Shown piece after piece: positions 54,101-64,000 of a DNA stretch of 64,000 bases. Numbering within the stretch: the first letter of the stretch is position 1; the number at the start of each line of letters is the position of its first letter. Source of the stretch: Vicinamibacteria bacterium (GTDB lineage Bacteria; Acidobacteriota; Vicinamibacteria; Marinacidobacterales; Marinacidobacteraceae); the NCBI GenBank assembly GCA_963555995.3, contig OY821641.1:3296001-3360000 (forward strand), read 5' to 3'. Below the pieces are notes generated by a model. That model did no database searches. It worked only from the letters and a program-made list of their open reading frames with translations, and had not been told where the DNA came from. A program made the position numbers and the translations under genes.

Positions 54101-57100
54101 AAGCCAGCGCCGACACCTCCACACCCTCCGCCGACAAGTACGCATCCACCGAACCCACCGACGACGCCACCTCCGACGGACCCTCCAGGAACTCCGCCGA
54201 ACGCAACCCCACCGGCGGCCCCGAGCGCCAATCCACCTCATACAGCAACTCCCCGACCCCCACCCCCAGCAGCGACGCACGGCTCGCCCGACGCAGCCGG
54301 AGACCCTCCACCCCTCCCAGCGCCTCCCCCGCCGGACCGTAGATCCCCAGGTCCACCTTCCGGTCCTCCCCCGTAGCGGACCCCGCGCCCTCCCGCAGCC
54401 GCGCCCGGCAGATCACCCGCTCCGGCAGCGGACCTCCCAGCCACAGCCGCTCCCAGCCCACCGGAAAACGCGCCCCCTCCTCCCCCGACAGACCCGACAC
54501 ACCCGACAGCGCCTGGAAACACCCGTCCAGCAGCACCGGATGCGCCAGCAGTCCCCCGCCCGCCAACGCCGCCGGCAGCGCAACCTCCCCCAGCGCCTCC
54601 CCTACACCCGACCACAGGCCCGAGAGAACCCGGAACCCGGGACCGAACGCGATCCCCGCCTCCGCCAGCCTCCCGTACACCCCCGCCGGATCCACCTCCA
54701 CGAGCCCCGCCCGCACCACTTCCACGTCCAGCCCCTCCGACGCCACCGCGGCACCGGACCCCACCCGACCCGCCGCGTGCACCTCCCACTCCGAGCCCGA
54801 ACCCCCACGGCTCACCACCTCGAAGCCACCCTCCCCTCCCAACACCACCTGCACCGTCCGGAACTCCCCCTCCGAAAACACCAACGGACGCTGGATCTCC
54901 ACCTCCTCGAGCGCCCAGGGAGAACCCGATCCCGTCTCCCGCAGCGCCTCCAGGACCTGCACCGCATAGAGCGCCCCCGGCGCCAACACCTCCCCGAACA
55001 CCCGGTGGTCCCCGAGCCAACCCGGCGCGCTCCCCGACAACTCCCTCTCGAACGAGACCTCCCCGTCCCGCGCGTCCCGGCGCAGCCCCAGCAGCGCGTG
55101 CTCTCCCGCACCACGACCGCGCGCCGCCTCCACCCAGTACCGCTCCCGCTGGAACGGATACGTCGGCACCGACACCCGACGGCGCTTCTCTCCCCCATAC
55201 AGCCCCTCGAACGCCACCGGCAGCCCCGCCTCGTACGCCTCCCCCACCGCCCGAACCCACCCCTCGCTCCCGTCTCCCGCCGGAACCGACACCACCCGCA
55301 GACCCGCGTCCCCCGGCCACGCCGACGACGCCCGTTCGCCCAGCCCCCCCGACGGGCCCACCTCCACCAGCAGGCCCACGCCCAGCCCCGACAACGTCTC
55401 CAGCGCCCGCTCGAAGCGCACCTCTCCTTCCGAACCCCAGGCGCCGGCCTCCGGAACCCCTTCCTCCACACGGCCGCTCGCGCCCCGCACCAGCGGCACG
55501 TCCGGCGGCGACGGCGCCCCCTCCCCACCACGGCCCAGCGCCAGCCGCAGCCCCCCCTCCAGCTCCAACACCCCCGACGCGCACGCCGCCGCCGGCTCTC
55601 CCGCGCCGCAACCCCAGACCACCTCCGGAACCACCCCCACGCTCGCCCACAGCGCCGTCAGACCCGCCTGCAGCGCATACCGCGCCGCCGCCTCCGACCA
55701 GTCCTCCGGCGACCGTCCCGCACCCCCCAGCGACGCCGCGCAGCGGTCCACCACTTCGCGGAACGCCGGCTCGCTCCCATACAGCTCCCGCCCCACCGCG
55801 GACCACCCGCCACCCTCTCCCCCGTAGAGGAACGCGACCTTCCCGGCCGGCGGCTCCCCCGCCGCGCCCGCCGCGCCCGCCGCCACCTGCCGCAGCCCCG
55901 CGCGCAGCGTGTCCTCGTCCCGGAACACCACCCCCGCTCGCCAACCGAAGTGGCTCCGGCCCACCCCCGCCGTCCACGCCACATCGGAAAGGCGCTCCGC
56001 CAGCGGCGACTCTTCCGTCAGGAAGCCCAGATAGCGGCCCGCCAACTCCGAAAGCGCCCCCGGCGTCCGACCCGACAGCGGCAGCACCCGGTGAGCCCGT
56101 TCGGCGTGGCGCGGTTCGTCCGACGCCGAGGGACGCTCCCCGTAGCCCTCCACGATGACGTGCGCGTTCGTCCCCGAATAGCCGAACGAGCTCACCCCCG
56201 CGCGCCGCGGGCGGTCCGCCACCGGCCAACCCGTCGCCTCCGACACCACCCGCACCGGAAGCTCCTCCCACGCGATCCGAGGGTTCGGACGCTCGAAGTG
56301 CAGGTGCCGCGGGATCTCCGCCGAACCCAGCGCCAGCAGCACCTTGATCAGACCCGCAACCCCCGCCGCCCCCTCCAGGTGACCCACGTTCGTCTTCACC
56401 GACCCCACCAGCAGCGGACGCTCCGGATCCCGGCCCTCCCCGTACGCCGCTCCCGCCGCCGCCACCTCCACCGGGTCCCCCAACTCCGTCCCCGTCCCGT
56501 GCGCCTCCAGGTAGTCCACCTCCCACGGCTCCAACCCCGCACGCAACAGCGCCTCCCCGATCACCCGCTCCTGCGCCGGTCCGTTCGGAACCGTCAAACC
56601 CGCGCTCGCCCCGTCCTGGTTCACCGCCGAGCCCAGCAATACCCCCAGCACCCGGTCCCCGTCACGCTCCGCATCCGACAATCGCTTCAGCACCACCATC
56701 CCGCATCCCTCCCCCCGCACGTACCCGTCCGCCGACGCGTCGAACGTCTTGCAGCGCCCGTCCCCCGCCAGCATCCCACCGTCCGTGAACAGACCGGTCA
56801 CCCCCGAAGTCAAGATCGCGTTCACCCCCCCCGCCAGCGCCAGGTCCGCCTCCCCCTGCAAAAGCCCCATCGCCGCCTGGTGCACCGCCACCAGCGACGA
56901 CGAACACGCCGTGTCCACCGTGATCGCCGGGCCCGTGAGCCCCAGCGCGAACGAAACACGTCCCACCGCCGTCGAGGCCGTCACCCCCGTCGCCCGATAC
57001 AGGTTCCGCGCCGGCTCCACCGCCGACGACGCCACCAGCATCTGATACTCGCTCCCGCACACGCCCCCATACACCCCCGTCCGGCTCCCCCGCAGACGCC

Positions 57101-60100
57101 CCGGCGCCAGACCCGCGTCCTCCAGCGCCGCCCAGCTCACCTCCAGCAGCAAGCGCTGCTGCGGGTCCAGCAACTCCGCCTCCGACGGCGCGATCCGGAA
57201 AAACTCCGCGTCAAACCGGTCCAACCCCTCCACATACGCCCCATACGGACGCGCCGACTCCGTCTCCCCGTCCACGAACAGCCCGTCCGGACGCCCCCGC
57301 GTCACCGCGCACCCCCCCGAACGCAGCAACTCCCCGAATCCTCCCAGGTCCGCACCCCCCGGAAAACGGCACGCCATCCCCACCACCGCAACCCGATCCG
57401 CTGCCGACGGACGCGCCACCACCCGCGGGACCCCCGACACGGGCTCGCCCCACCCCAACTCTCCCGCCAGGCGCCGCGCCAGACGCGTCGCGTCCGGGTG
57501 GTCGAACACCGCCGTGTTCGACATCGTCAACACTCCACCCAACGCCCGGTTCACCCGGTTCCGCAACTCCACCGCCATCAGCGAGTCCATCCCCAGCTCG
57601 AAGAACCCCGCGTCCGCGGGCGGCAACGACCGCAGCCGCAGCACCGACGCCAGCTCCTCCCGCAGGAAGCCCACCAGCGCCGCCTCCCGCTCCGGCTCCG
57701 GCAGCCCCCGCAGGCGCTCCCCCAGGTCCCCGCGCACCCCACGCTCCTCCACCGCCTCCGCACGCACCAGCTCCTCCAGCAACGGCGGCGGCGACGACAG
57801 CGACGTCCAGTCCACCGACGCCGCAACGCTCCTCCCCACGTCCGCCCGCACCAGCCGCGTCAGCGCCTCCAGCCCGCGCTCCGGCGCCATCCACCCCTCC
57901 CCATACGCCGCGACCCGGCCCGCGATCCGCTCCCGCTGCTCCTCCGCCTCCCCCACGCCCGACCACGCCCCCCACGCGATCGCCTGGCCCGCCAAACCAC
58001 GCGAGCGCCGGTGCGCCGCCAACTGGTCCAGGAACGCATTCGCCGCCGCGTGGTTCGCCTGACCCGCGCTCCCGAACACCCCCGCCGCGCTCGAAAACAG
58101 CACGAACAACTCCAGCTCCCGGTCCTCCGTCGCCCGGTGCAGCCGCCACGCCCCCAGGACCTTCGGCCACAGCACCTCCTCGAAGCGTCCCCAGTCCAGG
58201 TTCACCAGCGCCCCGTCCGACAGCACCCCCACGCAGTGCAGCACCCCTCCCAGCGGCGGCAGCTCCTCCTCCACCCGCCCCAGCATCGCCGCCACCGCAG
58301 CCCCGTCCGTCACGTCCGCAATCTCCACCCGAACCTCCACCCCCCGACCCCGCAGGCTCTCCACCGCCGCTTCCGCCGCCGCGTCCGGCGCCCGGCGACC
58401 GTTCAGCACCACCGCACCCGCACCCCGGTCACCCAGCCACCCGGCGACCGCCAGACCAACGCCCCCCAGGCCCCCCGTCACCAGGTAACTCCGGTCTCCA
58501 CGCAAACGCCCCCCCGCCAACGCCGACGGCAGCAGCACGTTCTTCCCCACGTGACGCGCCTCCCGCATCGTCTCCAACGCCCCTCCCGCTTCCAGCAGCG
58601 GCCACCGGCCGAACGGAAGCGGCTCCAGCTCTCCCGAACCCAGGCGGCCCACCACGTCCCGCAACACCGAACCCAAACGCCCCGGGTCCTCTCGACCCAA
58701 ACGGTCCACCCCCAAGACCCAATACCGCACCTCCGGCCGCAGCTCCGCAACCTCCGCCGCACTCCAGATCCCACGCTTCCCCAACTCCACGAAACAACCC
58801 CCCTCCCGCAAACACCCCAGCCCCGCCTCCACGAACCCCGCTCCCGTCAGGCTGTTCAGAACCAGGTCCACCCCCTCACCCCCCGTCGCCGCCAGCACCC
58901 CCTCTCCGAATCCAACGTCCCGGCTGTCGAACACCCAGCGAACACCCAGCGAACGCAGGTACTCCTGCTTCGGCGCACTCGCCGTCGAATACACCTCATA
59001 CCCCGCCGCCCGCGCCAGCCGGATCGCCGCCTGGCCCACTCCACCCGTCCCCGCGTGGATCAATACCCGAGAACCCGACCGCAAACCCGCGAACCGATAC
59101 GCCAACTCCGCCGTCACGTACGCCACCGGCACCGTCGCCAGCTCCCCCGCCGTATGCCCCGCCGGCGCCAACGCCAACAACTCCGCCCGCGTCACCACCT
59201 CCGGTCCGAACGCGCCCGCCGCGAACCCCAGCACCCGCTCCCCGACCGACAAACCCGAAACCCCCGATCCCAACTCCACGACCCGACCGCACACCTCTCC
59301 GCCCAGCGGCTGCTCCTCGTCCACCAGCCTCATCCCCACCAGCACGTCGTGGAAGTTCACCCCCGCCGCCTCCACCGCAACCCGGACCTCCCCCGCTCCC
59401 AGAGGAACCTCCGGAACCGACTCCGCCCGCAACCCCGACAACGATCCATCCGCACCCGGCGACAACCGCCAGTCCCCGCCCTCCGGCAACTCCACTCCCG
59501 GTCCCGAGCGCACCAGCCGCGGCACCAGCCGCCCGCCTCCCCGCAACGCAACCCGTGGCTCCCCGTCCGGCCACACCAACTCGTCCGCCAACCGCTCCGC
59601 CGCGAACGGCCCCGCCGGATCCACATCCACCAGCCGGACGTTCAGGTCCCGGTGCTCCAGACCCGCCGCCGCTCCCAGCCCCCACAGCGACGCGCCCGAC
59701 AGCCCGCCCCCCCGCTCCCCGCCCAACACCTGCCCCCCCCGCGTCACCAGCCACAGACCCGAGGCCGGCGACGCCCCCGCGTCCGACATCCCCTGCAACA
59801 GACCCAATACCCCCGAACCCAACTCGCGCAGCCGCCGCTCCAACTCCTCCACCGTCGCCCCCGTCTCGTCGCCCCCGACTCCCGAAACGTCCACCACCCC
59901 ACGCAACCGCTCCTTCCCATCCATATCCCCGAAGAACGACTCCCACGCTTCCCGCTCCCCCCCCGCCGGTCCGCGCCGGACCTCCTGGCCCCGACGCGAA
60001 AGCTCCCCCGCCAACTCCGCAACCTCCGCCCCCTCGCCCGACAGCACGAACAGGCCCCGCTCCCCCGCAACCGCCGCCGGGCCCCGCGCCGCCAGCACCA

Positions 60101-63100
60101 CCTGACCGCCCGCCTCGCCCACCAACGCAACCTCCCCATACCCCGACGCCGACAGCGCCCGCCCCCACGCCTCACGCCCCACCAGCGCGTAGTCCGACCG
60201 ATATACGTCATCGAAACGCCACCAACCCGGCAGCAGTCCGAACGTCAGGTCCAGCCAACCCCGCCGCTCCGTACCCTCCAGCAGCAACAACAACCCCGAC
60301 GGCGCCAGCAACCGACGGCAGTGCGCCAGCGACTCCTCCAGGTCCCGCGTCGCGTGCAGCACGTTCGCCGCCACCAACACGTCGAAACCGTGCTCCCCGA
60401 ACCCCTGCGCCAACGGGTCCCGCTCGATGTCCAGGACCCGATACCGCACCTCCGCGCCCGCATCCCCGAAACGCCGCTCCGCCGACGACAGGAAACCCGC
60501 CGACACGTCGGTGAACTCGTACTCCGTCCGACCCGACGGCAACGCCGCCAGCACCGCTCCCGTCGTCGCCCCCGTCCCCGCTCCCACCTCCAGGACCCGA
60601 AGGCGCCGGCCCTCCGGCAGACTCGCGACCGCCGCTCCCGCCGCCGCCCCCACCAGGCGGTTCAAAGCCCGCGCCCCCGGCGAACGCCAGTACAGCTCCG
60701 CCGCGCCCGCGCCCCCCTCCCCGAACAGCAACTCCACCGCGTCCGCACGCCCCCGCAACACCTCCGACAGCGATCCACCGCAGCGCGCCAGAACCTCACC
60801 CTCCACCGAATCCCCACCCGCCCCCGGCGCCGAAACCCCCGCCGGCAGCGGCTCCGCCGAGCCCACCGTCACCAGCCATTCCCCCGCTACGTCCCGCGCC
60901 AGCACACCCCCCTCCTCCAAAAGCGCCAGCAAACGATCGAACAGGCGCTCGTGCTCCCCCGTCACCTTCAACCCACGACGCAACCCCTCCCCCGATACCC
61001 GGTCCCCCGACGACCGCTCCCAACCCAGCTCCTCGAGCGCCCGCAACGCATACCACCGCGACTCCCGCTCCAACGCCTCCCCACCCGAAGCCAGCGCCGA
61101 CGCATCCACACCCTCCGCCGACAAGTACCCATCCACCGAACCCACCGACGACGCAACCTCCGACGGACCCTCCAAAAACTCCGCCGAACGCAACCCCACC
61201 GGCGCCCCCGAACGCCAATCCACCTCATACAGCAACTCCCCGACCCCCACCCCCAGGACCGCCGAGCGGCCCGCCCGCTTCAACGTCAAACCCGATACCC
61301 CGCCCAACGCCTCCCCTCCCAAGCCATACAGCGCCAGGTCCCCCTTCCTCACCTCACCCGAGCCCCTCCCCTCACGCAGCCGCGCGTGGCACACCAGCCG
61401 TCCCGGAAGACGACCCCAAATCCACAGCCGCTCCCAGCCCCACGGTAGCCACACCTCCTCCCCCTCCAGATCCCCCCACGCCCCCGACAGCACCTGGAAA
61501 CACCCGTCCAGCAGCACCGGGTGCGCCAGCAGACCCTCGCCCGACAACTCCGCCGGCAGCGCAACCTCTCCCAGCGCCTCACCCTCCCCCCGCCACAGCG
61601 CCCCCAGCGTCCTGAACGCCGGGCCGTAGGCGATCCCCACCGACGCCAGCCGACCATACAGCTCCGGGACCGCAGCCGGGCTCAACTCCCCGCGCACCGC
61701 AGCGAGGTCCTCCGCCTCCCCAACGCCGCCGCCACCGGCCTCCCAGCGCCCCTCCGCGTGCAGCTCCCAAGCCTCCCCGACGCTTCCCCCCCGGCTCGCC
61801 ACCTCAAAGCCATCGTCTCGTCCCGAAACCACCTGCACCGTCCGGTACGCCTCGCCCCGGAACACCAGCGGCCGGCGGAGCTGCATCTCCGTCAGCGCCA
61901 CCCCGCCAGATTCCCCGTCCTCCCCGGCCCGCTCCCCGAACGCCTCCAGCGCCTGCGACGCATACAGCGCCCCCGGCGCCAGCGCCTCTCCATACACCCG
62001 GTGCTCCCCCAGCCAGCCCGGATCGCCCGCGCCCATCTCCCGCTCCCACGAAACCTCGCCCCCGCGGGAGTCCCGCCGCTCCCCCAGCAGCGGGTGCCCC
62101 GCCGGCCGCCGCGCCTTCGCCCCCTCCACCCAGTACCGCTCCCGCTGGAACGGATACGTCGGCACCGACACCCGGCGGCGACGCTCCCCCGCATACAGCC
62201 CCTCGAACGCCACCGGTAGACCCGCCTCGTACGCCGCCCCCACCGCCCGAACCCAGCCCTCGCTCCCGCCTCCCGCCGGAACCGACACCACCCGCAGACC
62301 CGCGTCCCCCGGCCATGCCGACGACGCCCGTTCGCCCAGCCCCTCCGACGGGCCCACCTCCACCAGCAGACCCACTTCCAACTCCGACAGCGTCTCCAGC
62401 GCACGCTCGAAACGAACCTCCCCTCCCGCCTCCGAAACCCAGGCGCCGGCCTCCGGAACCCCTTCCGCCAGACGACCGCTCGCGCCCCGCACCAGCGGCA
62501 CCCCCGGCGGCGACGGCGCCCCCTCCCCACCGCGGCCCAGCGCCAGCCGCAGCCCGTCCTCCAGCTCCACCACCCCCGACGCGCACGCCGCCGCCGCCTC
62601 CCCCGCACCGCAACCCCAGACCACCCCCGGGACCACCCCCACGCTCGCCCACAGCGCCGTCAGACCCGCCTGCAGCGCATACCGCGCCGCCATCTCCAAC
62701 GCCGCGTCCTCCTCCGCCTCCGACCAGGCATCCGGCGGCGGTCCCGCGTCTCCCAGCGCCGCCGCGCAGCGGTCCACCACCTCGCGGAACGTCGGCTCGC
62801 TCTCATACAACGCCCGCCCCAGATCCGACCAACCACCGCCCTCTCCCCCGTAGAGGAACGCGACCTTCCCCGCCGACGACTCCCGACCCCCACCCCCTTC
62901 CGCTACCTGCCGCAGCTCCGCGCGCAGCGTGTCCTCGTCCCGGAACACCACCCCCGCTCGCCAACCGAAGTGGCTCCGCCCCACCCCCGCCGTCCACGCC
63001 GCGTCCGCCAGCGGCGCCTCCGCCGTCAACCACTCCCCGTAGCGGCCCGCCAACTCCCGCAGCGCTCCCTCGTTCTTCCCCGACAGCGGCAGCACCCGGT

Positions 63101-64000
63101 GAACACGTTCCAGAGTACGCGTGTCGTCCGCCTCCGGCGGACGATGCCGACCGGAGGTCGGCGCTCCTACCGGGACCGATACCGCCGCGCCGGCATCCTT
63201 TCCATCCCCATATCCCTCGACCACCACATGCGCGTTCGTCCCCGAGAACCCGAACGAACTCACCCCCGCGCGTCGCGGACGATCCAACGCCGGCCAACCC
63301 GTCGCCTCCGACACCACCCGCACCGGTAGCTCCGCCCACGGGATCCGCGGGTTCGGACGCTCGAAGTGCAGGTGCCGCGGGATCTCCGCCGAGCCCAGCG
63401 CCAGCAGCACCTTGATCAGGCCCGCGACCCCCGCCGCACCCTCCAGGTGCCCCACGTTCGTCTTCACCGATCCCAACAGCAGCGGACACGCCGGATCCCG
63501 GCCCTCCCCGTACGCCGAACCCGCCGCCGCCACCTCCACCGGGTCCCCCAGCTCCGTCCCCGTCCCGTGCGCCTCCAGGTAGTCCACCTCCGAACCCGCG
63601 ATCCCCGCACGCACCAGCGCCTCCCCGATCACCCGCTCCTGCGCCGGGCCGTTCGGAACCGTCAAACCCGCGCTCGCCCCGTCCTGGTTCACCGCCGAGC
63701 CCAGCAGCACCCCCAGCACCCGGTCCCCGTCACGCTCCGCGTCCGACAAACGCTTCAGCACCACCATCCCGCATCCCTCCCCCTGCACGAACCCGTCCGC
63801 CGACGCGTCGAACGTCTTGCACCGACCGTCCGGCGACAGCATCCCTCCGTCGGCGAACATCCCGGTCACTTCCGAGAGCAGGATCGCGCTCACTCCCCCC
63901 GCCAACGCCAGGTCCGCCTCCCCCTGCAAAAGCCCCATCGCCGCCTGGTGCACCGCCACCAGCGACGACGAACACGCCGTGTCCACCGTGATCGCCGGAC
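24783..64000 (-). CDS. Giant multimodular type I polyketide synthase (sup-like, methyl-branched lipid type); 5' end lies beyond the window
   Basis: Uninterrupted >13,067-aa frame still open at base 64000 (mid-[13 protein letters not shown]). Contains 7 KS, 7 degenerate AT, 5 DH, 4 cMT, 4 ER, 6 KR and 6 ACP (GMDSLMA). Ends [13 protein letters not shown]. Confidence 0.97.
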   Translation of the reverse strand, partial: PAITVDTACSSSLVAVHQAAMGLLQGEADLALAGGVSAILLSEVTGMFADGGMLSPDGRCKTFDASADGFVQGEGCGMVVLKRLSDAERDGDRVLGVLLGSAVNQDGASAGLTVPNGPAQERVIGEALVRAGIAGSEVDYLEAHGTGTELGDPVEVAAAGSAYGEGRDPACPLLLGSVKTNVGHLEGAAGVAGLIKVLLALGSAEIPRHLHFERPNPRIPWAELPVRVVSEATGWPALDRPRRAGVSSFGFSGTNAHVVVEGYGDGKDAGAAVSVPVGAPTSGRHRPPEADDTRTLERVHRVLPLSGKNEGALRELAGRYGEWLTAEAPLADAAWTAGVGRSHFGWRAGVVFRDEDTLRAELRQVAEGGGGRESSAGKVAFLYGGEGGGWSDLGRALYESEPTFREVVDRCAAALGDAGPPPDAWSEAEEDAALEMAARYALQAGLTALWASVGVVPGVVWGCGAGEAAAACASGVVELEDGLRLALGRGGEGAPSPPGVPLVRGASGRLAEGVPEAGAWVSEAGGEVRFERALETLSELEVGLLVEVGPSEGLGERASSAWPGDAGLRVVSVPAGGGSEGWVRAVGAAYEAGLPVAFEGLYAGERRRRVSVPTYPFQRERYWVEGAKARRPAGHPLLGERRDSRGGEVSWEREMGAGDPGWLGEHRVYGEALAPGALYASQALEAFGERAGEDGESGGVALTEMQLRRPLVFRGEAYRTVQVVSGRDDGFEVASRGGSVGEAWELHAEGRWEAGGGGVGEAEDLAAVRGELSPAAVPELYGRLASVGIAYGPAFRTLGALWRGEGEALGEVALPAELSGEGLLAHPVLLDGCFQVLSGAWGDLEGEEVWLPWGWERLWIWGRLPGRLVCHARLREGRGSGEVRKGDLALYGLGGEALGGVSGLTLKRAGRSAVLGVGVGELLYEVDWRSGAPVGLRSAEFLEGPSEVASSVGSVDGYLSAEGVDASALASGGEALERESRWYALRALEELGWERSSGDRVSGEGLRRGLKVTGEHERLFDRLLALLEEGGVLARDVAGEWLVTVGSAEPLPAGVSAPGAGGDSVEGEVLARCGGSLSEVLRGRADAVELLFGEGGAGAAELYWRSPGARALNRLVGAAAGAAVASLPEGRRLRVLEVGAGTGATTGAVLAALPSGRTEYEFTDVSAGFLSSAERRFGDAGAEVRYRVLDIERDPLAQGFGEHGFDVLVAANVLHATRDLEESLAHCRRLLAPSGLLLLLEGTERRGWLDLTFGLLPGWWRFDDVYRSDYALVGREAWGRALSASGYGEVALVGEAGGQVVLAARGPAAVAGERGLFVLSGEGAEVAELAGELSRRGQEVRRGPAGGEREAWESFFGDMDGKERLRGVVDVSGVGGDETGATVEELERRLRELGSGVLGLLQGMSDAGASPASGLWLVTRGGQVLGGERGGGLSGASLWGLGAAAGLEHRDLNVRLVDVDPAGPFAAERLADELVWPDGEPRVALRGGGRLVPRLVRSGPGVELPEGGDWRLSPGADGSLSGLRAESVPEVPLGAGEVRVAVEAAGVNFHDVLVGMRLVDEEQPLGGEVCGRVVELGSGVSGLSVGERVLGFAAGAFGPEVVTRAELLALAPAGHTAGELATVPVAYVTAELAYRFAGLRSGSRVLIHAGTGGVGQAAIRLARAAGYEVYSTASAPKQEYLRSLGVRWVFDSRDVGFGEGVLAATGGEGVDLVLNSLTGAGFVEAGLGCLREGGCFVELGKRGIWSAAEVAELRPEVRYWVLGVDRLGREDPGRLGSVLRDVVGRLGSGELEPLPFGRWPLLEAGGALETMREARHVGKNVLLPSALAGGRLRGDRSYLVTGGLGGVGLAVAGWLGDRGAGAVVLNGRRAPDAAAEAAVESLRGRGVEVRVEIADVTDGAAVAAMLGRVEEELPPLGGVLHCVGVLSDGALVNLDWGRFEEVLWPKVLGAWRLHRATEDRELELFVLFSSAAGVFGSAGQANHAAANAFLDQLAAHRRSRGLAGQAIAWGAWSGVGEAEEQRERIAGRVAAYGEGWMAPERGLEALTRLVRADVGRSVAASVDWTSLSSPPPLLEELVRAEAVEERGVRGDLGERLRGLPEPEREAALVGFLREELASVLRLRSLPPADAGFFELGMDSLMAVELRNRVNRALGGVLTMSNTAVFDHPDATRLARRLAGELGWGEPVSGVPRVVARPSAADRVAVVGMACRFPGGADLGGFGELLRSGGCAVTRGRPDGLFVDGETESARPYGAYVEGLDRFDAEFFRIAPSEAELLDPQQRLLLEVSWAALEDAGLAPGRLRGSRTGVYGGVCGSEYQMLVASSAVEPARNLYRATGVTASTAVGRVSFALGLTGPAITVDTACSSSLVAVHQAAMGLLQGEADLALAGGVNAILTSGVTGLFTDGGMLAGDGRCKTFDASADGYVRGEGCGMVVLKRLSDAERDGDRVLGVLLGSAVNQDGASAGLTVPNGPAQERVIGEALLRAGLEPWEVDYLEAHGTGTELGDPVEVAAAGAAYGEGRDPERPLLVGSVKTNVGHLEGAAGVAGLIKVLLALGSAEIPRHLHFERPNPRIAWEELPVRVVSEATGWPVADRPRRAGVSSFGYSGTNAHVIVEGYGERPSASDEPRHAERAHRVLPLSGRTPGALSELAGRYLGFLTEESPLAERLSDVAWTAGVGRSHFGWRAGVVFRDEDTLRAGLRQVAAGAAGAAGEPPAGKVAFLYGGEGGGWSAVGRELYGSEPAFREVVDRCAASLGGAGRSPEDWSEAAARYALQAGLTALWASVGVVPEVVWGCGAGEPAAACASGVLELEGGLRLALGRGGEGAPSPPDVPLVRGASGRVEEGVPEAGAWGSEGEVRFERALETLSGLGVGLLVEVGPSGGLGERASSAWPGDAGLRVVSVPAGDGSEGWVRAVGEAYEAGLPVAFEGLYGGEKRRRVSVPTYPFQRERYWVEAARGRGAGEHALLGLRRDARDGEVSFERELSGSAPGWLGDHRVFGEVLAPGALYAVQVLEALRETGSGSPWALEEVEIQRPLVFSEGEFRTVQVVLGGEGGFEVVSRGGSGSEWEVHAAGRVGSGAAVASEGLDVEVVRAGLVEVDPAGVYGRLAEAGIAFGPGFRVLSGLWSGVGEALGEVALPAALAGGGLLAHPVLLDGCFQALSGVSGLSGEEGARFPVGWERLWLGGPLPERVICRARLREGAGSATGEDRKVDLGIYGPAGEALGGVEGLRLRRASRASLLGVGVGELLYEVDWRSGPPVGLRSAEFLEGPSEVASSVGSVDAYLSAEGVEVSALASAGEALERLSRGYALRALEELGWERSSGERVSEEGLRRGLRVTGEHGRLFGRLLALLEEGGVLARDVAGEWLVTAGSEEPLPESFGVSEEAGGSAEEGLLRRCGESLSEVLRGRRDPLELMFGEELGAAELYWRSPGARALNRLVGAAAGAAVAGLPEGRRLRVLEVGAGTGATTGAVLAALPSGRTEYEFTDVSAGFLSSAERRFGDAGAEVRYRVLDIERDPLAQGFGEHGFDVLVAANVLHATRDLEESLAHCRRLLAPSGLLLLLEGTERRGWLDLTFGLLPGWWRFDDVYRSDYALVGREAWGRALSASGYGEVALVGEAGGQVVLAARGPAAVAGERGLFVLSGEGAEVAELAGELSRRGQEVRRGPAGGEREAWESFFGDMDGKERLRGVVDVSGVGGDETGATVEELERRLRELGSGVLGLLQGMSDAGASPASGLWLVTRGGQVLGGERGGGLSGASLWGLGAAAGLEHRDLNVRLVDVDPAGPFAAERLADELVWPDGEPRVALRGGGRLVPRLVRSGPGVELPEGGDWRLSPGADGSLSGLRAESVPEVPLGAGEVRVAVEAAGVNFHDVLVGMRLVDEEQPLGGEVCGRVVELGSGVSGLSVGERVLGFAAGAFGPEVVTRAELLALAPAGHTAGELATVPVAYVTAELAYRFAGLRSGSRVLIHAGTGGVGQAAIRLARAAGYEVYSTASAPKQEYLRSLGVRWVFDSRDVGFGEGVLAATGGEGVDLVLNSLTGAGFVEAGLGCLREGGCFVELGKRGIWSAAEVAELRPEVRYWVLGVDRLGREDPGRLGSVLRDVVGRLGSGELEPLPFGRWPLLEAGGALETMREARHVGKNVLLPSALAGGRLRGDRSYLVTGGLGGVGLAVAGWLGDRGAGAVVLNGRRAPDAAAEAAVESLRGRGVEVRVEIADVTDGAAVAAMLGRVEEELPPLGGVLHCVGVLSDGALVNLDWGRFEEVLWPKVLGAWRLHRATEDRELELFVLFSSAAGVFGSAGQANHAAANAFLDQLAAHRRSRGLAGQAIAWGAWSGVGEAEEQRERIAGRVAAYGEGWMAPERGLEALTRLVRADVGRSVAASVDWTSLSSPPPLLEELVRAEAVEERGVRGDLGERLRGLPEPEREAALVGFLREELASVLRLRSLPPADAGFFELGMDSLMAVELRNRVNRALGGVLTMSNTAVFDHPDATRLARRLAGELGWGEPVSGVPRVVARPSAADRVAVVGMACRFPGGADLGGFGELLRSGGCAVTRGRPDGLFVDGETESARPYGAYVEGLDRFDAEFFRIAPSEAELLDPQQRLLLEVSWAALEDAGLAPGRLRGSRTGVYGGVCGSEYQMLVASSAVEPARNLYRATGVTASTAVGRVSFALGLTGPAITVDTACSSSLVAVHQAAMGLLQGEADLALAGGVNAILTSGVTGLFTDGGMLAGDGRCKTFDASADGYVRGEGCGMVVLKRLSDAERDGDRVLGVLLGSAVNQDGASAGLTVPNGPAQERVIGEALLRAGLEPWEVDYLEAHGTGTELGDPVEVAAAGAAYGEGRDPERPLLVGSVKTNVGHLEGAAGVAGLIKVLLALGSAEIPRHLHFERPNPRIAWEELPVRVVSEATGWPVADRPRRAGVSSFGYSGTNAHVIVEGYGERPSASDEPRHAERAHRVLPLSGRTPGALSELAGRYLGFLTEESPLAERLSDVAWTAGVGRSHFGWRAGVVFRDEDTLRAGLRQVAEGVEGRESSVGKVAFLYGGEGGEWSAVGRELYGIEPAFREVVDRCAAALGGEGPEEEGAARYALQAGLTALWASVGVVPGVVWGCGAGELAAARASGVVDLEGGLRLATGRGWKGKPSPPEVPLVRGVSGRLEEGVPEAGAWGSEGEVRFERALETLSGLGVGLLVEVGPSGGLGERASSAWPGDGGLRVVSVPAGGGSEGWVRAVGAAYEAGLDVSFEGLFTGEKRRRVSLPTYPFQRERYWVEAPRGRGAGGHALLGLRRDARDGEVSFETELSGSAPGWLGDHRVFGEVLAPGALYAVQVLEALRETGSGSPWALEEVEIQRPLVFSEGEFRTVQVVLGSEGGFEVVSRGGSGSEWEVHAAGRVGSGAAEASEGLDLEGVRTGLVEVDPAGVYGRLAEAGIAFGPGFRVLSGLWSGVGEALGEVALPAALAGGGLLAHPVLLDGCFQALSGVSGLSGEEGARLPVGWERLWLGGPLPERVICRARLREGAGSATGEDRKVDLGIYGPAGEALGGVEGLRLRRASRASLLGVGVDELLYEVAWRSGPPVGLRSAEFLEGPSEVASSVGSVDGYLSAEGVDASALASGGEALERESRWYALRALEELGWERSSGDRVSGEGLRRGLKVTGEHRKLFGRLLALLEEGGVLARDVAGEWLVTVGSAEPLPAGVSAPGAGGDSVEGEVLARCGGSLSEVLRGRADAVELLFGEGGAGAAELYWRSPGARALNRLVGAAAGAAVAGLPEGRRLRVLEVGAGTGATTGAVLAALPSGRTEYEFTDVSAGFLSSAERRFGDAGAEVRYRVLDIERDPLAQGFGEHGFDVVVAANVLHATRDLEESLAHCRRLLAPSGLLLLLEGTERRGWLDLTFGLLPGWWRFADGYRSDYALVGREDWGRALSASGYGEVALVGEAGGQVVLAARGPAAVAGERGLFVVSGEGAVAAELAGELSRRGQEVSFGPSGSADREGWRRFFASLAGDAPLRGVAHLAAVRGDSAGATVSELSLELEEIGGSALSLLQGMSDAGTAPASGLWLVTRGGQVLGGERGGALSGASLWGLGAVAGLEHRDLNVRLVDVDPGGPFTAERLADELVWPDGEPRVALRGGGRLVPRLVRSGPGVELPEAGGWRLSPDADGSLSGLRAESVPEVPLGAGEVRVAVEAAGVNFLDVMLGMGLLEEELLLGGEVCGRVVELGSGVSGLSVGERVLGFAAGAFGPEVVTRAELLALAPAGHTAGELATVPVAYVTAELAYRFAGLRSGSRVLIHAGTGGVGQAAIRLARAAGHEVYSTASAPKQEYLRSLGVRWVFDSRDVGFGEGVLAATGGEGVDLVLNSLTGAGFVEAGLGCLREGGCFVELGKRGIWSAAEVAELRPEVRYWVLGVDRLGREDPGRLGSVLRDVVGRLGSGELEPLPFGRWPLLEAGGALETMREARHVGKNVLLPSALAGGRLRGDRSYLVTGGLGGVGLAVAGWLGDRGAGAVVLNGRRAPDAAAEAAVESLRGRGVEVRVEIADVTDGAAVAAMLGRVEEELPPLGGVLHCVGVLSDGALVNLDWGRFEEVLWPKVLGAWRLHRATEDRELELFVLFSSAAGVFGSAGQANHAAANAFLDQLAAHRRSRGLAGQAIAWGAWSGVGEAEEQRERIAGRVAAYGEGWMAPERGLEALTRLVRADVGRSVAASVDWTSLSSPPPLLEELVRAEAVEERGVRGDLGERLRGLPEPEREAALVGFLREELASVLRLRSLPPADAGFFELGMDSLMAVELRNRVNRALGGVLTMSNTAVFDHPDATRLARRLAGELGWGEPVSGVPRVVARPSAADRVAVVGMACRFPGGADLGGFGELLRSGGCAVTRGRPDGLFVDGETESARPYGAYVEGLDRFDAEFFRIAPSEAELLDPQQRLLLEVSWAALEDAGLAPGRLRGSRTGVYGGVCGSEYQMLVASSAVEPARNLYRATGVTASTAVGRVSFALGLTGPAITVDTACSSSLVAVHQAAMGLLQGEADLALAGGVNAILTSGVTGLFTDGGMLAGDGRCKTFDASADGYVRGEGCGMVVLKRLSDAERDGDRVLGVLLGSAVNQDGASAGLTVPNGPAQERVIGEALLRAGLEPWEVDYLEAHGTGTELGDPVEVAAAGAAYGEGRDPERPLLVGSVKTNVGHLEGAAGVAGLIKVLLALGSAEIPRHLHFERPNPRIAWEELPVRVVSEATGWPAADRPRRAGVSSFGYSGTNAHVIVEEFRRQAGEPTAVAVPAEASALREREVRLLPLSGRSARALRELAGRYGEWLGEDASLSDAAWTAGVGRSHFGWRAGVVFRDEDTLRAGLRQVAEGAAGAAGAAGEPPAGKVAFLYGGEGGGLSALGRELYGIEPAFREVVDRCAAALGDEGPPPDVWPGAAEDAALAAAARYALQAGLTALWASVGVVPEVVWGCGAGEAAAACASGVLDLEDGLRLALGRGGEGAPSPPGVPLVRGASGRVEEGVLEAGAWGSEGEVRFERALETLSGLGVGLLVEVGPSGGLGERASSAWPGDGGLRVVSVPAGDGSEGWVRAVGEAYEAGLDVSFGGLFTGETRRRVSVPTYPFQRERYWVEAPRRRPAGGHALLGWRRDARDGEVSFETELSGSAPGWLGDHRVFGEVLAPGALYAVQVLEALRETGSGSPWALEEVEIQRPLVFSEGEVRTVQVVLGSEGGFEVVSRGGSSSEWEEHAAGRVASGAAEASEGLDLEGVRAGLVEVDPAGVYGRLAEAGIAFGPAFRGLSGLWSGAGEALGEVALPAELSGGGLLAHPVLLDGCFQALSGVSGLSGEEGARFPVGWERLWLGGPLPARVFCRVRLREGSGPASGSATGEDWKVDLGIHGPAGEALGGVEGLRLRRASRSSLLGVGVDELLYEVDWRAGSPVGLRSAEFLEGPSEVASSVGSVDSYLSAEGLEAGALASAGEALERESRWYALRALEELGWERVGGDRFAGEELRRGLKVTGEHERLFDRLLALLEEGGVLARDVAGEWLVTVGSAEPLPAGVSAPGAGGDSVEGEVLARCGGSLSEVLRGRADAVELLFGEGGAGAAELYWRSPGARALNRLVGAAAGAAVASLPEGRRLRVLEVGAGTGATTGAVLAALPSGRTEYEFTDVSAGFLSSAERRFGDAGAEVRYRVLDIERDPLAQGFGEHGFDVLVAANVLHATRDLEESLAHCRRLLAPSGLLLLLEGTERRGWLDLTFGLLPGWWRFDDVYRSDYALVGREAWGRALSASGYGEVALVGEAGGQVVLAARGPAAVAGERGLFVLSGEGAEVAELAGELSRRGQEVRRGPAGGEREAWESFFGDMDGKERLRGVVDVSGVGGDETGATVEELERRLRELGSGVLGLLQGMSDAGASPASGLWLVTRGGQVLGGERGGGLSGASLWGLGAAAGLEHRDLNVRLVDLDPAGPFAAERLADELVWPDGEPRVALRGGERRVPRLVRLPAGSEAASAGTRVRNDRSYLVTGGLGDVGLAVAGWLGERGAGAVVLNGRRSPDAAAEAAVASLRGRGVEVRVEIADVTDGDAVTAMLGRVEEELPPLGGVIHCAGVLSDGALVNLDWGRFEEVLWPKVLGAWRLHRATEDRELELFVLFSGAAGVLGAPGRANDAAADAFLDQLAAHRRSRGLAGQAIAWGAWPGVGEAEEQGERIAAYGEGWMASERGLEALTRLVRADVGRSVAASVDWASLPSPPPLLEELVRAEAVEEQGMRGDLGERLRGLPAAEREAALVGFLREELASVLRLRSLPPADAGFFELGMDSLMAVELRNRVNRALGGVLTMSNTAVFDHPDALRLGRHLAGELGWGEPVVAARRIGLALRPSEAERVAVVGMACRFPGGVDLGGFGELLRSGGCAVTRGRPDGLYVDAETESARPYGAYVEGLDRFDAEFFRIAPSEAELLDPQQRLLLEVSWAALEDAGLPPGRLRGSRTGVYGGVCGSEYQMLVASSAVEPARNLYRATGVTASTAVGRVSFALGLTGPAITVDTACSSSLVAVHQAAMGLLQGEADLALAGGVNAILLSGVTGMFADAGMLAGDGRCKTFDASADGFVQGEGCGMVVLKRLSDAERDGDRVLGVLLGSAVNQDGASAGLTVPNGPAQERVIGEALLRAGLEPWEVDYLEAHGTGTELGDPVEVAAAGAVYGEGRDPERPLLVGSVKTNVGHLEGAAGVAGLIKVLLALGSAEIPRHLHFERPSPRIAWEELPVRVVSEATGWPAADRPRRAGVSSFGFSGTNAHVIVEGYEGGAAGSVGVEEAAPLAQRGWRLLPLSGKNEGALRELAGRYGEWLGEDAPLADAAWTAGVGRSHFDWRAGVVFRDEDTLRAGLRQVAVGGEGRESSAGKVAFLYAGADGGWLGLGRELYGIEPAFREVVDRCAAVLGDECPPPEAWPGAAEDAGLAAAARYALQAGLTALWESVGVVPGVVWGCGAGELAAACASGVVELEDGLRLALGRGGEGAPSPPGVPLVRGASGRLEEGVPEAGAWGSEAGGEVRFERALETLSDLEVGLLVEVGPSEGLGERASSAWPGDAGLRVVSVPAGGGSESWVRAVAGAYEAGLDVSFGGLFTGEKPRRVSLPTYPFQRERYWVEGDRSLSRVEPAAPQAAVSDAIEPLYELDWREAPRLPGAADGPTVASDPDGVPVAGLWLLAAPLEGWGLEFGEALARGLVRRGERVILAGETAPDGEGYEGLRIASRARDSWREALAELPRDVPFRGVVHLGGLTGRGGEADTATLSEDLEKAGASALALTQGVSESGVAVPAGLWFVTRGGQVLAEEQGGEPSGAALWGFGRSLSREAPDLGVRLLDLDPGVAAPEQPVEDVVEELLGPDREVEIAYRAGVRRAPRLVRWRGATEPARTDPDEEPGSATGAVPIRADRTYLVTGGLGGLGLLTAGWLAEHDAGALVLHGRGAPGAEAERRIEEWGARGVEIRVERGDLTEEGEVERLVSRSGPAGGLPPLAGVFHCAGALRDAALPNQSWSRFEEVLGAKALGGWRLHRATRDLDLDLFVLYSSLVGVLGSPGQTNYAAANAFVDQLARRRRALGLAGQAVAWGPWAAAGMGGRQQEQVEWLMQDLGITWLSPAMGMRTLEQLVEAQTVSGVVALVDWARFVSGAPAPPLVRELVPVSGAEAPEPAGNLVERIRRAPAEERRALLAGFLQTEVRRVLRLAAAPDPTVGFFDLGMDSLMAMELRNRVNRKLAGVFVAPATMAFDYPTIERLSERLAEAFGAPVSVAPARAPAVRSEDERIAVIGIGCRFPGGVGPVDFWKQLAAGTDSVTRGRPGGALSSAGDADQYGAYLPGLDRFDAEFFQIAPVEAEVLDPQQRLLLEVSWEALEDAGLDPETLRGSRTGVYVGIGSNDYQHLLGERAASFHAVTGTSFATAIGRVAFTLGLQGPAMAIDTACSSSLVAAHQAMAGLLRREADLALAGGVNAILLGGGHEVLDGAGILSPDGRCKTFDAAADGYVRGEGCGVMVLKRVADAEAAGDRILGLLLGSAVNQDGASAGLTVPNGPAQELVIAEALSRAGIEPASVDYLEAHGTGTELGDPIEVQAAAAAYGAAREAERPLLLGSVKTNIGHLEAAAGVAGLVKVLLSMRAGTIPRHLHFREPNPRLDWDRLPVRVVAEAADWPVAADRPPRAAVSSFGVSGTNAHVIAEGYAEPPEVAPPDVPRATRLLPLSAKSAEALAELAGRYRGWLSEESPLADVAWTAGTGRSHFSHRAGVVFHDLRALRERLEQVERSAAGTAATETRKVGFLYPGEGSAWAGMGRELYASEPVFREVVDRCDAALRREREGSLRAVLLGEAEGPERTEWAQPALYALESGLTALWVSVGVRPAAVFGYGAGEVAAARAAGVFDLEAGLRFAARRGAPMGSLPAEESLGDVRAPAVPFIGGASGRLVTEVPAGAYWRRQATEAVRFKTAVASLSELGVGVLVEVGPTGLLGEMALREWPTEEGPTVVPGIGRGGGGDFVTAVAAAYEAGLEISFAGLFTGEHRRRLSLPTYPFQRKRHWLPGSGRRFREAGHPLLGTRRDSRGGEASFETEFRSGDPAWLGDHRVYGEAVAPAALYASQAFEALRAAGRGPGVSLGETQIHQPLVFSGDELRTVQVVLSPEDRFEVVSRRPDPHSSWELHAEGGAAATLGDAAAVALAELTARFAPLEPAETYRRLATMGIGYGPAFQVLEGLWAGAGEAVGEVALPEEAERAELVAPPALLDGCFQVLAGGSELTADAGVWLPFGWDRLWLRGPLPERVWCHARFREGAGRIRKADLAFYSPAGAALGGVDGFTLKQASRAALLGSGVGRLLYELQWREAPSLTESPVPEAAAPGLFVLSGGGAVAADLSAELSRRDQQVVVGPRTGGREAWREFFESLPDELPLRGVVHLDAVREDGSELSVSGLAGELDAVGSGALVMVQGLSDAGTWPESGVWFVTRGAQVVERETAGALAGAALWGFGAAAGLEHEDLRPRLLDLDPAGAPAVGALADELLRPDRETRVAWRGGTRRVARLVRVPRRVDLPEEGVWRFAPDGSAGLDRLRVDDAPAAELGPGQIRVAVEAAGVNFLDVLLGMGLVDAAPTLGGELCGRVLAVGPEVEDLAIGERVVGFAAGAFGPEAVTLADLVVPAPAGVSPLALATVPVAFVTAALALDFGRLDSGDSILIHAGAGGVGHAATALARAAGLRVLATASAPKQEYVRSLGVRGVFDSRGTGFGAEVREATGGRGVSMVLNSLTGEGFIEASLSCLAEGGRFVELGKRGIWSAAEMEASRPDVAYWVLALDRLLQEDRARVREVLRSVLARIASGELAPLPFTRWPLSEAGSALETMRDGRHVGKLVLSPSAMATGRLREDRSYLVTGGLGGIGLEVARWLGERGAGAVVLNGRRAPSARASESIAKLRAQGVDVRVELADVTDGAAVEAMLARVEAGLPPLAGVMHTVGVLSDGAVANQDWGRFQEVLWPKVLGAWRLHRATRDRDLDLFVLFSSAAGVLGNPGQANYAAANAFLDQLARHRRALGLPGQAIAWGAWSGAGLAEEARARIGTRLDEYGEGWISPERGLSALSRLVREDIGTSVVVSVDWPALPSGPALLDEILEEARRGESVAAASPFPRLEKALPSERSGILLEFLQGEVRSVLRFSSLPEPDVGFNELGMDSLMAVALRDRLNRAFPGTPVSNTAVFDFPDVNRLAEHLETQLFPDEAPAATPAALAPQVAPDSGRIAVVGMAAWLPGGPDLAAFWRMLREGREAVTEGRPQPLPGIEDERFPAAYVPGVDCLDAGFFGLPAAEARYMDPQQRMLLEVAWTALEHAGMDPRTLRGSRTGVYAGVGLNEYGSVLGRREDYVLPIYQYLGNSPSGTVNRLAYFLGLDGPALAVETACSSAAVAMHHAVVGLERREVDLALAGGVNTVLDPAHYRGFRKAGFLSPDGRCRGFDAAADGFGVGEGCGVLVLKRLEDAEAAGDAIAAVLTGSAFRQAGATSGLTVPNQPAQQRVLLEALSRSGVSPAEVDYLEAHGGGSLAGDAIELEAAAAVYGRGRTPDRPLLLGSVKSNVSNLEAAGGAAAVIKVIQSLAHRWIPKHLHFHEPNPQVDWDGLPLRVVSEGSAWPDRPDRPRRAAVSAFGFSGTLAHLVLEEYRAPAHARGVVVAAPPELAPAAAAAPPERPARVFPLSGRTRAALADLAGRYRSWLSARNGALASDSELLADLAWTAGVGRSHLAWRAGLVAADLESLDRELALVSKGKRGVRSRRPGKVAFLFGGVPQAGMGRELYSGEPVARAALDRCERIFREERGVSLLENLFGESGGEMRSGPQWAASSSVALGAALTALWASLGIRPDVVAGCGPGALAAAAAAGVFPAEAAMRFAARRLAHADAMSPESVERDLAGLEITAPALPLLDPATAEWMEARAPEPDVWSRAVRRPASLPSMLAGLAAAGARTLVEIGPAGFAHEDIGKAFGKTRPAVVPSPFASASSESVSFVAAVGTAYEAGFGVSFPGLFAGERRRRLRSPTYPFQRKRHWPG
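27195..33106 (-). other. PKS module F KS-AT0-DH-ER-KR-ACP
   Basis: [28 protein letters not shown]; no cMT; AT reads FGYGAGE. Confidence 0.88.
33107..37369 (-). other. PKS module E KS-AT0-KR-ACP
   Basis: No DH, cMT or ER motifs. Canonical KR ([12 protein letters not shown]). Confidence 0.87.
37370..43442 (-). other. PKS module D KS-AT0-DH-cMT-KR0-ACP (no ER, degenerate KR)
   Basis: ER is absent between PRLVR and DRSYLVTGG. The KR reads FSGAAG...GRANDAAAD. Confidence 0.85.
43443..50414 (-). other. PKS module C KS-AT0-DH-cMT-ER-KR-ACP
   Basis: Same motif series, offset 6972 bp from module B. Confidence 0.9.
48910..60690. repeat. Near-identical ~4.7-kb direct repeat inside the PKS (about 48910-53700 vs 55894-60684)
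   Basis: Stretches compared by eye match at offset 6984. Shadow ORFs of identical length and sequence recur at that offset (50227/57211, 52012/58996). Confidence 0.9.
50415..57399 (-). other. PKS module B KS-AT0-DH-cMT-ER-KR-ACP
   Basis: Same motif series, offset 6984 bp from module A. Confidence 0.9.
57400..64000 (-). other. PKS module A (partial KS)-AT0-DH-cMT-ER-KR-ACP; boundaries approximate
   Basis: DTACSS/HGTGT/GHLE; WGCGAGE; [10 protein letters not shown]; LEVGAGTG; IHAGTGGVG; GQANHAAAN; DSL. Confidence 0.88.

Noticed and set aside
36852-61448. Very long + strand ORFs (1500, 2308, 1628 and 2494 aa)
   Set aside because: These are Arg/Pro-rich antisense shadows of the PKS, explained by biased codon usage and duplicated with the modules.
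24783-64000. PKS as a pseudogene because of dead ATs
   Set aside because: 39 kb without a stop or frameshift, with intact KS, DH, cMT, ER and ACP motifs, argues for a maintained gene.

Overview
High-GC bacterial chromosomal window with four parts. (1) A defence island at 1-11955 holds a type I R-M system with two different HsdM subunits (NPPF and NPPY, the m6A/m4C heterodimeric subtype), two uncharacterised PD-(D/E)xK-like genes, and two toxin-antitoxin pairs (DUF433/DUF5615-PIN and Xre/MbcA-like/RES). (2) A metabolic block at 12.1-18.1 kb holds a beta-hydroxyacid dehydrogenase, an AhpD-like gene, the radical SAM gene arsS, a Zn-dehydrogenase and two paralogous SAM methyltransferases. (3) A housekeeping block at 18.2-24.8 kb holds tRNA-His/Arg/Pro, rdgB, rph, a GerMN lipoprotein, an amidase, ino1 and a 4Fe-4S protein. 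(4) The 3' 39 kb of a giant type I PKS lies on the minus strand (>13,000 aa, open at the window edge) with 7 KS-containing modules. Every AT lacks its catalytic Ser, three KRs have His in place of the catalytic Tyr, one KR looks dead, and the protein ends in an altered KS-AT0 with no thioesterase. The architecture resembles sponge-symbiont sup-type methyl-branched lipid PKSs. A family of small non-autonomous elements with CAGCCTGTGG...CCACAGGCTG ends also occurs four times with different interiors: a hierarchical 97-bp tandem array, a REP-like doublet, an empty copy inserted in-frame in a lipoprotein signal peptide, and a distant relative between an antitoxin and its toxin. All calls come from reading motifs by eye; no database search was run.
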